Positions 47,060 through 59,395 of a stretch of 64,000 nucleotides of DNA are shown one piece after another (position 1 is the stretch's first letter; every line of letters begins with the position of its first letter). Source of the DNA: Lingula anatina (lineage: Eukaryota; Animalia; Brachiopoda); contig CM120647.1 in assembly GCA_051362555.1 (NCBI GenBank), positions 17,832,651 to 17,896,650 of the forward strand, written 5' to 3'. The notes beneath the pieces were generated by a model. That model was given only the letters and a program-made list of their open reading frames with translations. It was not told where the DNA came from and did not search any database. The position numbers and the translations under genes are program-made.

Positions 47060-48725
47060 ATGGCAACCACCAAGCGACAAACCGTGGAAATGGCCAATAT
47101 TCATGTGTATGAGCCAGGTTACGAGGTCCCTTCAAATACGACCACGAGGCCACAGTCTGACGCGTACGATGATGTGCACGATGCTGGGACTAACAACTAT
47201 GAGCCACTGCAGAAGCCAACGAATGAAGACGTGTATGCAAAGCTCGATGATTCGAAGAAAGCGGGAAAGAAAATTGAATACCGCCGGCTGGCTCTCTACG
47301 GTTTTCTGTCTCTTTCTGTTTTACTCAATGTTGTCTTGGTTGTGGCATTTATTGTGGCTACTTCTGAATACTGCGCATGTCACTGTAGAAATCAAGGTGA
47401 GTCTGCTCAAATAAATCCCCCACTAACAGTCTTAGGGCTCATTCCCAATGGAACTTTCGATTCATGAATGAAACGTAGATTGATGCTACTCCGCGGGGAC
47501 TCTCGCTGAATGCAAACTGATTAGCAGATTAACATGCCTTCTTCTGCTGTTGAGAAGAACACAGGAAAGCTGTTGATTACGCGAGTACGTTTAAAAGAAG
47601 AGACGTGTTTTAAAATATGTTACTCTGATATCATTCAACAAGATTCCCTACGAAGTTGGATCAATATACGTAGAATGATAGTTTTATTGGGAATAAGCCG
47701 TTTTAGTTTTGTATATTGCTAGACCTCTAGTAAATTTATAGGCCTCTCACTGAGCAGTTATCATCCTGTAAAGGTCATAGTATGCTTGTGTTTTACTGTT
47801 ATTTACTATCTGTATTCTAATAAGCAACTTAACTGATCAATAGTTTTTGCTCGCACTGAAATCACAGGAACTTCATAAATTCACACACACACAAAAAAAA
47901 ACATAGCTTCGCACTGTTGATCTGTTTTAGGAGAAAATGATACCTTCAATGGGATACGCAGTGAAATGACCCAATACAGCTGGATTCCAACTGAAACGTC
48001 TGTTCCCACAACTAATTTCATGACGAAATCAGAAACAACTACATCAGAAGTGACTACATTAAAAATGACTATGACATCAGAGCTGACTTCCTCGTCAGAA
48101 ACTACTACCACGTCAGAACTGACAACTTCGCGAGAAATGACTATCACGTTAGAACAAATTACGTCGCCAGAATGGGCAACTTTAACAGAACTGACCCCAT
48201 TTTCAGAACCGACTACAACGTCAGAACCAACTATTACGCCAGAGTCAAGTACTTCATTCATGTACCCTCTCTAGGTGCCATCTATACTAATAGATCAGTA
48301 ACAAAAACAGAGAAAATCATGTCTGACTATACCCACCCCGCACATGGGCTTTTTAAATTTTTACCGAGCAACTGCAGGCTTTTAACTTTTAAGGGATCTA
48401 AAAGGTTTTTAAAGAGTTTTTACCCATCTGCTGTGTCTTATTTTAACAACAAAAATGGAAATTTATAATTTATTTATTTATAATTTGTAACCCGAATAGC
48501 AGTCCAATTTCCGTTTTATATGAATTTTATATTTATATATTAATGGCTGAATAAACTCTTATCTTATCTTATCTTATGTACGAGCAGACCCCGACGTCAG
48601 TACCGACTATGACATCAGAACTGACTACTACATCAGAATCAGTTTTAACAGCCAGCATGACTGCAACGTTCGTCACGACAACACCAGGCCCCCCTCCTTG
48701 GGGACGAAGAAAGAAAAGAAAATGA
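47060..48725 (+). CDS. Class A copy 2: ITAM intact, short stalk, exon 2 truncated (TAG at 48272-48274) by a LINE insertion; could be a pseudogene
   Basis: Exon 1 47060-47396, exon 2 from 47931. Removing 48266-48581 (the insert plus one TSD copy) restores the frame through to GPPPWGRRKKRK* at 48725. Confidence 0.75.
48266..48575 (+). mobile_element. 5'-truncated non-LTR retrotransposon, Rex1/Babar-like 3' end
   Basis: Encodes SLGAIY..IMSDYTHPAHGLFKFLPSNCRL..RFLKSFYPSAVSYFN*, which resembles the Rex1/Babar ORF C-terminal DxxHPxHxLFxxLPSxRR..SFxPxA motif. It is followed by AATAAA and an (ATCTT)n tail; 6-bp TSD ATGTAC at 48260-48265 and 48576-48581. Confidence 0.85.
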
Positions 48726-50502
48726 AAACAAAATAAACAGTTTGCTACCTGCTCAGCTGGCAAAGACAAAACATTTTCGAATAGATGTTAGAGTACAATT
48801 GCCAACATTCTATGTCAGGAGTTTATAATTTAGTTGACATTTTTTGTAGTATGCGAGGTAAAATACAATTAAATAATGGGCATTCAAGTTGTTGCATCGT
48901 CATGTAACTTAACCATGGTTGTTGAGGAAGGAATAATCTGTTATATCCGATATCTAACTTGAAGCAACATTTACCCTTAGCAGAATTTAATGCTTCTTGC
49001 AAACCGTTGCCGCAAATTTGCTGCATATTTTTAAGAAGGAGTTTTTAACATGTATAAAAAACCTGTTTTAAATTTGAAAGGGCATGAAGACTTCACGAAA
49101 ACTTGCCGTAAACTTTAGATGTTCTTGCAAATTTGCAGCAACTTTTTTTCTTGCAACAACCTGCAAACTATTTCTTGAAAACTGTTTAGTTTGCAGCTGT
49201 TTTGCAGCAAGAGATACTAATACTCTGTGTATGTATGCGTGTGGAAGGGGGGGGGGGGTGAAGGGCAGGGTTTTTGTGGGGGATGGGAGTAGGAGCTGGA
49301 AGGCATACAGGGTCCATAACCCCGCCTGGTGAAGTCGAATAGTGCATGTTAAAAACTATCCGACTATGTACAACACAATAAAATATTTTTGGCAGAATCT
49401 ACCTTGTCAAGCTTTTATGAATATCTTTAAATGCTTTGTCTTATGTGCAGTACATCAAAGCCCATGTTAAACCTTGCGTGACAAAATACGAGGCACCAAG
49501 GATAATCCAGGGGCTTGGAGATAGATCGATCCACTGTTAGTACGATAGGGTCTGGGAATGGTCACAACGAAACTTTTGCGGCTCCGTGGTAACTCTGCAC
49601 TGTTGGTGACAAGGTTCCAGTTCTAGACTATGACATGTACCATATTTGCCATAATAATTTTTAAAAATCACTATTTATTACTATAAGAGGAAGCATGTAT
49701 GTAAGGAGGGTAGCAGGGTTAGTTAAGAGCCAGTCGGTAGCTTACATGGTTGCAAAAAATCCAAAACTATCATCAACCAAGGTAACGGAAAGCCAAAAGC
49801 CACAAGTTCGAATCTCGGTCTACGTCGTCAATAATTTTTCGAGAGTTATGTCGCCACCGTTGCGATATGTGTGTATCCAGTTACAGCAAGGAGGACTAGT
49901 TTAGTGTTATTTGAGGCAGAGGGTTGTGTTAGTTGCGATATAAAATCTGTGTTGTGGAAAACGAGTGTTAAATGAGACACCAGATTAAATTACATTTCTA
50001 TACAAATTTAAAATGTATGGATGGGATTAGAGTTGACCATTGTGCAGTATTAAAAACAAGGGTGGTGTGAGATGTTTATGTTATACGGCCACTTAATATT
50101 ACTACACATCTTAACATTACATATCTTATTAAAACATTATCTATTGATTATAAACTTTAAATTTTATCTAGTCACACGAGACAAGTGGTGCGAAAATTGA
50201 GCGACATCTTGGGCGCCTGGGACATCCAAAAGGGGCACCAGTGCTTTATGAAACGAACCGTGTATATGGTTGAAATAAAACTCAGGTGTTCGTCGAAGTA
50301 AAAGGAACAATATCAACTGTGACCCAGAGCACATCTTGAAAAGAACAACCCGGAAGTGATTTGAGGTGAAAACCTAAATAGGGAAGGCACCCAGTTAAGT
50401 AACGAAAAAATGAGCCCCACCCTAGTTTATTTAGTATTTCGACGGAGCTGAGTTCAGTTCTGACACTAGTTAGGGACATTGTCGTGGAACTCTAGAAAAA
50501 TT

Positions 50503-52020
50503 ATGGCAACCACTAAGCGACAAACCGTGGAAATGACCGATATCCATGTGTATGAGCCAGGTTATGAGGTCACTTCAAATAGGAACACGAGGCCACAGTC
50601 TGACGCGTACGATGATGTGCACGATGCTGGGACTAACAACTATGAGCCACTGCAGAAGCCAACGAACGAAGGGGTGTATGCAGAACTCGGGACTTCGAAG
50701 AAAGCGGAAAAGAGAATTAAATACCGCCGGCTGGCTCTCTACGGTTTTCTGTCTCTTTCTGTTTTACTTAATGTTGTCTTGGTTGTCGCATTTATTGTGG
50801 CTACTTCTGAATACAACGCACGTAACTGTACATGTAGGAATCAAGGTGAGTCTGCTCAAATAAATCCCTTTCTAACAGTCTTAGGGCTCATTCTCATAGA
50901 AACTTTCGTTTTATGAATGAAACGATCTAACTCCGCGGGGACTCTTACTGAATGCAAATGCTGAATGCCCCCTCCTGCCGTTGAGTAGAATACAGAGAAG
51001 CTGTTGATTGCGCGAGCGGTAAAAAAGAGAAATGTTAATATTTTAATCTGATATCATTCACCAAGAATCCCTGCAGAGTTGGATCAATCTACGTAGAACG
51101 ATAGTTTTAGTGGGAATGGGCCCTAATAACATTGTACAGTGTAATACATGTACCATACCTCTAGTAGATTTATAGAATGTACCATGCTGTGTACTTTACT
51201 GTATGCTTGTGTTATTTTTTCAGAGCTGACTACCACGTCAGAACCAAGTAGTACTATTTCAGAAATAACCACAGAGTTAGAACCGACTACGACGTCAGAA
51301 ATGACTACCACGCCAGAAGAAATAACGTTGCCAGAATTGGCATCTTCTGCAGAACCGACTACGTCTTTAGAACCGACTATGACGTCAGAGCCAAATGAGA
51401 CATCAGAACCACCTATCACGTCAGAACCAACTACTTCAGAATTGGCATCTTCTACAGATCCCACTACGTCTTCAGAACCGACTATGACGTCAGAACCAAC
51501 TGAGACATCAGAACCACCTATCACGTCAGAACCAACTGCTTCAGAATTGGCATCTTCTGCAGAACCAACTATCACGTCAGAACCAACTACTTCAGAATTG
51601 GCATCCTCTGCAGAACCACCTATCACGTCAGAACCAACTGCTTCAGAATTGGCATCCTCTGCAGAACCAACTATCACGTCAGAACCAACTACTTCAGAAT
51701 TGGCATCTTCTACAGATCCCACTACGTCTTCAGAACCGACTATGACGTCAGAACCAACTGAGACATCAGAACCAACTACCACGTCAGAAACAACTACTAT
51801 GTCAGACCTGACAACTACGTCAGTAATGACTACCACGTCAGAAGAAATAACGTCGCCTGATTTGGCAACTTCAACAGAACTAATTTCGTCTTCAGAACCA
51901 ACTATGACGTCAGAGTCAACTGAGACATCAGAACCAACTATTACATCAGATTTAACTACTTCATACGATGATACCCTGTTGTCAGAACCGCCCAGCGCGA
52001 CATCAGACCCCTTACCTTAG
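50503..52020 (+). CDS. Class A copy 3 (379 aa): ITAM intact, TAG in place of the conserved terminal Trp codon
   Basis: Exon 1 50503-50845 (YEPL-x8-YAEL), exon 2 51224-52020. The end reads CCT TAG GGA TGG AGA AAG AAA AGA AAA TGA, against CCT TGG GGA CGA AGA AAG AAA AGA AAA TGA in A1 and A2. Confidence 0.8.
50882..51125. mobile_element. ~245-bp MITE with long TIRs in the class A intron; copies at about 40967-41235, 47433-47697, 58833-59085 and a relic at 45479-45700
   Basis: TAGGGCTCATTC... / ...GGGAATGGGCCCTA termini, with inverted similarity extending about 60 bp (GATCxAACTCCGCxGGGA). Confidence 0.75.
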
Positions 52021-54520
52021 GGATGGAGAAAGAAAAGAAAATGAAAACAAAATGGCCAGTTTGCTAGCTGTTTAGTTAGCAAAGACAAACAAATTCGAAT
52101 AGATGTTAGATTACAATTGCGAACATTCTACGTAAGGAGTTTGTTCCGGTGCAGCTTGACAGACAGCCTCCCATGTTAGAAAGTCCGCTTCCCATTCATT
52201 TTTACAGGTAAACCTCGCCCACGTAGGTCAGGCTCACCCTAACCAGTATAATAAGTAAATAAAGTAAAATCTGAAAACACTGGAGTTGTAATATTTATAA
52301 AACTGCAAAGATTTTTCATAATACCAGGATATATTTTATTATTGTGTGTTTAAATTTTGTTTTTAGAACAAATATTCATCTTGTATTACCATATCATCTA
52401 GGTTGTAATGTTCACAACTAATGTTCACAACTTAAAATTTTGCTGTATAATATTTTTGTATTCTTAACAATTTTTCATGTGAAGCAACACATAATAAACA
52501 ATTTGAAAGAATTTGGTAAAGTTATGCTAATAAATAGTCACCAAAAAGTGACGTGGACGATATAAAAATAATCTTGATATTTATAAAAGGTCTATTCTTG
52601 TTTAGCCCCCATAAATATGATATAACCAAATCTGTTAATATTTAATCTAGCATATGAAAAGTCTTGCACCAAAAACAAATTCGTCCCGGTTATTAAAAAT
52701 GTAAAAAAAAAAAAAAAATGATCATGTAAACTTCCAAGTGGCCAAAGTTAATTGCCAGTGCCCATCCAAGGCACTTGTATCTAAAATGCATTGCTTTAAA
52801 ATTTTCTGTCCATTCGAAGTAAAAATAACCCAAAGACCAAGCATTCTATAGGTTCAATTAAGTATGTTCACAAATTTTTTTATATAAGAGAAAACAGTGA
52901 CCTTGACCAAGACCCAGTGACCTGCTATTCATTAGGACACGACTCATGCCCACTTGCCCTACCAAATACTATAATCCTAGAACACAATATTCTAATAAAG
53001 TAGTTAAATGTATATACAGCAGAAATAATTAAAAATGATTTCCCCCAAAAATACCAACTTTGGGGTTATTTTCAGTACTTGTAATTACACAACAAGAACT
53101 TTTGAAATTTGATCTGGAATGATCAATTTCAGGCTAATATGTTGATGCAATTTTTTAGCTGAAATCCCTGTGAAGATGGAGATATATGCAATTTAATATG
53201 GCAGTGTCAAAAGCATACTTTTGGGGAGGGGTGTTATAATTGGGAGTGGCTTGTCCATGATGTGTGTAACCTAAATTCTGCATATATCAGTGGCAAGTCA
53301 AATAGTTTTTAATGTCTGTTATGTTATTATTTTTTAGTTCTCACCATATTTGTTCCCTTTGCATTACATGTAACATCGTTTTACAAAGCTGAAATTGAGG
53401 CTCAAAGAGACAATATAAGCCATGACCTATAACCTGTTAAGAAAAAATTTTTTTTTGGAATCTTTCCTAACTCATGAATAACTTCCTAATGTGCATTCAT
53501 ATAACAATTTGAACCAAAGCTTTACTAACTAAATTGATATATTGATATTGTTGTTATACTGTATATGAATAACTGTTAAGAATAGCTTCTATTTTAAGGA
53601 ACTTTCTGTCAAATATTTGTCAAAAATAAAGTTAAAAGGCAGAAAAACTTTACTCTATGTTCTTTGTTTTGAGCTTTTCAAGAATTTAAGTTTTGTAATG
53701 TTCTGCTCAGACATGATAACATAAAAATGAGACCATTGATACCTTTATTTCAAATAAATACAATTATTATTTTTTATTCATAAAACAGACGTGTCCGCCA
53801 TATATCCCCATGTGCAAACAAACATCATTCTTCTTAAAAGACTTTTATGCTTAATTCCTTTTCGTATTATAACTCAAACATAAAGATATAATCTATGGAT
53901 TCATTTCCAATAATCCGACTCCGTTGAATGCAATCAGTTCAACAGACTGACACTCCTCTTGTTTCCAATGTTCACCAGCTTTTTCTGCATTCTACCCAGA
54001 GCCAAGAGAATGCGTGAGGGTGGGGGTGGGGGTGGGGGTGGGGGTCATCTGTTGAATGTGGGGTAGGGCGGGGCAGAGTAGGGTAGGGTGGGGTGGAGGA
54101 GGGGATCAGCTGTTGTAGGCCTACAGTACATACAAGCAGTTTATTTGTATCGTCTATGGTACTCATCAAGACGCTGGCGGATTGGAAAAAATTGATATTT
54201 ATGAAATACTGGAAACAAAAAGCTGTACATTTTAAAGCTGACACTTTAAAAAAATTCCCTCTGAAATAATTTCCAAAAATAAAGGGGGAATTGGACGGTG
54301 AATGCCGCCTACACCACCTCCCATATCCGTGATAACATACCCTCTACCAGGGCGACAGATTGATTTTTCTCAAGATATGCACAGATATGGGTTTAGATAT
54401 ATAGACAATCATTTGATTCTCTGGCTTTTTGAAAAATTGCCTATAATATCTGCCACCCTGGTAGATGGTAGTGATAACACACATTTTTTACAATTTTTTC
54501 TTCTTTCTTCTTCCCCAACT

Positions 54521-55366
54521 CTATGGACCGCCTGCTGTCGTGGACACGGTAGAAGTTATCACGGGTGGTGTAGTCCTGTTTGATGTAAGTGGCCCTATGC
54601 CGGAAGTCGTGCTTGGTGTAACTGGTGTTTCCGTGGCTACAGTAGTGTTAAACTGTACTGCGGCATTCCCTTGAAGATAATGAAGAAAGATGGTTTGTTT
54701 CAACATAAAACAACTTTTGTAATTCATAAGCATGATGTGGTTTAAACAAACGTCACTACTAGTTTAAAAGAACTATTCAAGGTCGCCTCTGGCACCATGG
54801 TATAAGGTTCGATTTTATATAATAGATCGAGAAGAAGTGAGCATACAACAACAGTCGTGTAATTCCAAACAGCTTTATTCCCACTGCCCAAGTTTTTAAG
54901 TCCTAAGTCATAGGTTCTAATCTATCCACCACTAGTCCAATTAATATTCAGCTCTACTTAACATGTCTTACTGAAATATTTAACTAGTCTCACGAGACAA
55001 GTATCACAAGGGGGCGTGGGACACGCCACAGCGTGTATAGAAAAAAGTATGAAAATAACCTTCTCTCTCACTCTTACCCTGAATCCCACCTTGGGCACAC
55101 TCCCTAGATGCCAACACGACCAAGATGACAATCAAGACCACGTTAAGCAGTACAGACACGGCCAGGATTATATTGACAACCAAGCGACGGTAGTCGGAGC
55201 CTTTCCCCTCTCTGCGGTTGCTTTCCAGTATTGGATCCACCTTCTCGCCATCTTCTGTCGCTAATGGCTTGGCACACTCATCTTGAGCAGCCTCCTCCTT
55301 CTCTTCTTCCTCCCCTGCACCCCTCTCTTCAGCCCCAAGTTTACCCAACTCCCCGCCCTCAGACAT
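54521..55366 (-). CDS. Class B copy 2: near-identical to B1 but stops (TCG>TAG) two codons before the terminal Trp
   Basis: Exon 1 55366-55078, exon 2 54669-54521. The end reads GGC GGT CCA TAG AGT TGG GGA AGA AGA AAG AAG AAA AAA TTG TAA. Confidence 0.75.
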
Positions 55367-57381
55367 TGCAGTTGGTGCGTTTATTTCAGCGTGGTGAAGG
55401 CGGCCGCCGTGGCTCCAGGGTGCGCACAATACTAGAACAAGATGCGGGTTGTGTTGATGTCCGTGACGGCAGTTGAGTTAGTATATTGTGAGGTCTTTCT
55501 CCACTATTTTCCCGGTATTCAGCTGATCTGAAAGTTAAATTATAAACAACTAAATCAAAATATTTATTTATTTATCATCTGTGCAGAATCTGGTTGAGGG
55601 CTTCCTTTTTGCAGTTTGAAACACACGTATGAACCACTAATCTTTATGGAGCACCGTAAGGCCAGACGAAATTGATGAGCTGGTTAACGAGCGCAACCGA
55701 CTTTAATTTAAGGAAAATCGAAAATTTTCTCGCACTTACTTTTCTTCAAAGGGAAAAAGTTCATTGGGAATTGTTTGAGTGAATGGGAGGAATTTACACG
55801 AGATCCAAGAAAACCCTTTATGCTATTGTATTTATGCTCTAAATTCATTCTGTGGATTTGACATTTCCTCTCCCACCAACCCTTACTTATTCTTCAGTAG
55901 TTTATGCTCGTTACATTCAGCGGGTTATGTTGGTGTAATATTATATTGTACAAGGTCATGATAATCTATGTACCAGTACAGAAATGAATTGAATTGAATT
56001 GTTAAGCATCAGTATGGCGAGAAAACGAAACCAGAATTAAATTTCGCCTGCCGACCCTGTTTCCAGAGCTTCCCCGCTCGTGAATCAACTAATTATTAAA
56101 TTCGCTTGGCTTGACCATGCTATGTTGGTTCATACTATTGAATGTAAAATGGGCTAGAGAGCAAGTGCCTCACTCAGTGAGTTTTGTAATCAGAGTAAAG
56201 CAGATTTTTATATAAAAAAATCAGCCTGGAGAGACCCTTTTGGGCCCCTGTAGCAGTCGGCCCAAGTAAGCTACATTAAGTGAGTGTCTGTACTGAGTAA
56301 GGCTAGATAATGGCTATCATATATCACAGGTAAAACTACACTTTACCTTACTTTCCAGTCTATTTCTTCAGTCGACTACCCACAGTGTTGTATAAAGCAC
56401 CGAGCACCTTAACGTTGCAAAGGCGTCTGAGTCATATACAAACAGACGAGGCTTTTTTCACTGAAAGGAGGTAAGTTAAAACACGCAATGTCTTTGAATG
56501 CTCAGCCCCCCTTTGTCCGCTTCACCACTATTCACTGTGAGCTTCGAGACGTGAAACACGCTTTGAGACTTTTATTTTTGTTGATTCTCATTTTCTTTTC
56601 TCGTTGCTATTCGGCATGAAAAGCCAATAGCCCTTGGATTGCTGTTGGTGCCACGTATTATATCACACAAGATCTCACGTGGGTTTTGATTTACTGCAAA
56701 TAAGACAAAGCATTGATGTTTGACAAAGTAGATTCTGACAAAAATATTTTATTGTGTGGTATATATTAGAGTTTTTAACACTGCTCGTCTTCACCAGGTG
56801 AGGTTGACACTTCCCCCACAAAAACCTCCCCCCCCCCACACACATAGTAGAAGCATTTTTTCAGAGAATATATACAGTTTATAACACTAAATATAATATG
56901 CGATACTCATAATGAAATGTTTGCGGCGAACTTGCTGCAAACTGCTGCAAACTAAATAGTTTGTAGATTGTTGTTAGAAAAATTGTTGCTGCTAATTTGC
57001 TAGAACATCTGAAATTTGCGGCAAGTTTTTTCATGTCCTTTCAAAATTAAAACAGTTTTTCATATACATGGTAAAACTCCTTGAAAATTGGCAGCAAATT
57101 TGCGACAACGTTTTTGCAAGAAGCTTAAAATTTTGATTGGGGTAAATTTTGCTTCAAGCTAGATTATTCTTTCTTCAACAACCATGGTTACGAAACAGGA
57201 CGATGCAACAAATTGAATGCCCATTATCTGAATGTATTTTATGTTCATACTACGCATACTACGAAAAATTCCACCTAAATGATAAATCTCTTCCATAGAA
57301 TGTTTGCAATTATAATTTAACATCTATTCGAATTTGTTTCTCTTTGCTGGCTTAACAGGTAGCAAACTGTTCAATTTGTTT

Positions 57382-59395
57382 TTATTTCCTTTTCTTTCTT
57401 CGCCCCCAAGGAGAGACGGGTGGTGTCGGGGTCTGTTCGTATGAGGCACTTGACGCAGTAGCTGGTTCTGACGTCGTAGTAGGTTCTGAAAATGAAGTCA
57501 GTTCTGTTGAAGTTAGCAATTCTGTCGATGTAATTTGTTCTGACATGGTAGTCACTTCTGACGAAGTCGTCAGTTCTCACGTGGTATTCATTTCTGAAGA
57601 AGTAGTCAGTTCTTAAGTGGTTGTCATTTTTGATGAAGTAGTCAGTTCTGACGTGGTAGTAATTTTTGATGAAGTAGTCAGTTCTGACGTGGTAGTCATT
57701 TCTGACGAAGTAGTCAGTTCTGACGTGGTTGTCATTTCTGACGAAGTTGTCATTTCTGACGTGGTTGTCATTTTTGAGGAAGTAGTCAGTTCTGACGTGG
57801 TAGTAATTTCTGAGGAAGTAGTCAGTTCTGATGTGGTAGTCATTTCTGAGGAAGTAGTCAGTTCTGACGTGGTAGTAATTTCTGATGAAGTAGTCAGTTC
57901 TGACGTGGTTGTCATTTCTGACGAAGTTGTCATTTCTGACGTGGTTGTCATTTCTGACGAAGTTGTCATTTCTGACGTGGTTGTCATTTCTGACGAAGTT
58001 GTCATTTCTGACGTGGTAGTCATTTCTGAGGAAGTAGTCAGTTCTGACGTGGTAGTAATTTCTGATGAAGTAGTCAGTTCTGACGTGGTTGTCATTTCTG
58101 ACGAAGTTGTCATTTCTGACGTGGTTGTCATTTTTGATGAAGTAGGCAGTTCTGACGTGGTAGTCATTTCTGATGAAGTAGTCAGTTCTGACGTGGTAGT
58201 CATTTCTGAGGAAGTAGTCAGTTCTGATGTGGTGGTCACTTCTGATGTGGTAGTCATTTCTGACGTCGTAGTCAGTTCAGAAGATGTAGTCGGTTCTTTT
58301 AAAGTTGCCCATTCTGGCGACGTAACTTCCTCTGACGTGGTAGTCATTTCTGACGAAGGTGCCAGTTCTGACGTATTAGTTGGTTCTGACGACATAGTCG
58401 GATCTAAGGCTGTTGTAACTTCTGAAGTAGTACTACTTGGTTCTGACATCGTAGTCAACTCTGACGTCGTAGTCATTTCAAATGTAGTCACTTCTGATGT
58501 AATTGCTTCTGATTTCGCCATTAAATTAGCTGTAGGAACAGGCGTTTCAGTTGAAATCCCGCTGTATTGGGTCATTTCACTGCGTATCCCATTGAAGGTA
58601 TCATTTTCTCCTAAAACAGATCAACAGTTTAGCGAAGCTATGTTTTTTTTGTGTGAATTTATGAAGTTCCTGTGATTTCAGTGCGAGCAAAAGATATTGT
58701 TCAGTTAAGTTGCTTATTAGAATACAAATAGTAAATAACAGTTAAACACAAGCATACTATAAACTATACACATGATAACTGCTCAATGAGAGGCCTATAA
58801 ATCTTCTACTGGTATAGAAATATACAAAGCTATAGGGCCCATTCCTTATGAAACTATCGTCCTACGTAGATTGACCCAACTCCGCAGGGAATCTCGATGA
58901 ATGATATTAGATCAACATATTGGCACTCCTCTTTTTCTACCTAGCGTACTCGCGTAATCAACAGCTTTCCTGAATTCTATTCAACTGCAGGTGGGGGCGT
59001 GTTAATCTGTTTATCTGTTTGCTTTCAGCTAGAGTCCCTGCGGAGTTGGATCAATATATAGTTCATTCATTGGGAATGAGCCCTAAGACTGTTAGGGAGG
59101 GATTTATTAGAGCAGACTCACCTTGATTCCTACATGTACATGCGCAGTATTCAGAAGTAATCACGATGATTGCCACAACCAAGATAACATTGAGTAAAAC
59201 AGAAAGAGACAGAACACCGTAGAGAGCCAGTTGTCGGTATTTAATTCTCTTTCCCGCCTCTTCATTTGTTGGCTGCAGTGCCTCATAGTTGATATTCCCA
59301 CCAGCGTGCACATCGTCATACGTGTCAGACTGTGGTCTCGTGATCGTACTTGAAGAGACCTCGTGAGCTGGTTCATACACATGAACGTCGGTCAT
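57382..59395 (-). pseudogene. Class A copy 4, degenerate or C-terminally truncated
   Basis: The first ATG is lost (next in-frame ATG at 59395) and the second ITAM tyrosine is deleted. Exon 1 runs to 59122, exon 2 starts at 58610. In-frame stops TAA 57615-57613 and TGA 57579-57577, both at TCA positions of the repeat, precede VSPWGRRKKRK* at 57382. It could still make a truncated protein. Confidence 0.65.
57560..58280 (-). repeat. Coding VNTR of 18-bp units paired as 36-bp (ELTTSSEMTTTS)n
   Basis: Visible in both the DNA and the translation. Confidence 0.95.

Noticed and set aside
51380-51915. Repeated TGACGTCA (CRE) palindromes
   Set aside because: A by-product of ATG ACG TCA (Met-Thr-Ser) codons in the coding repeat.
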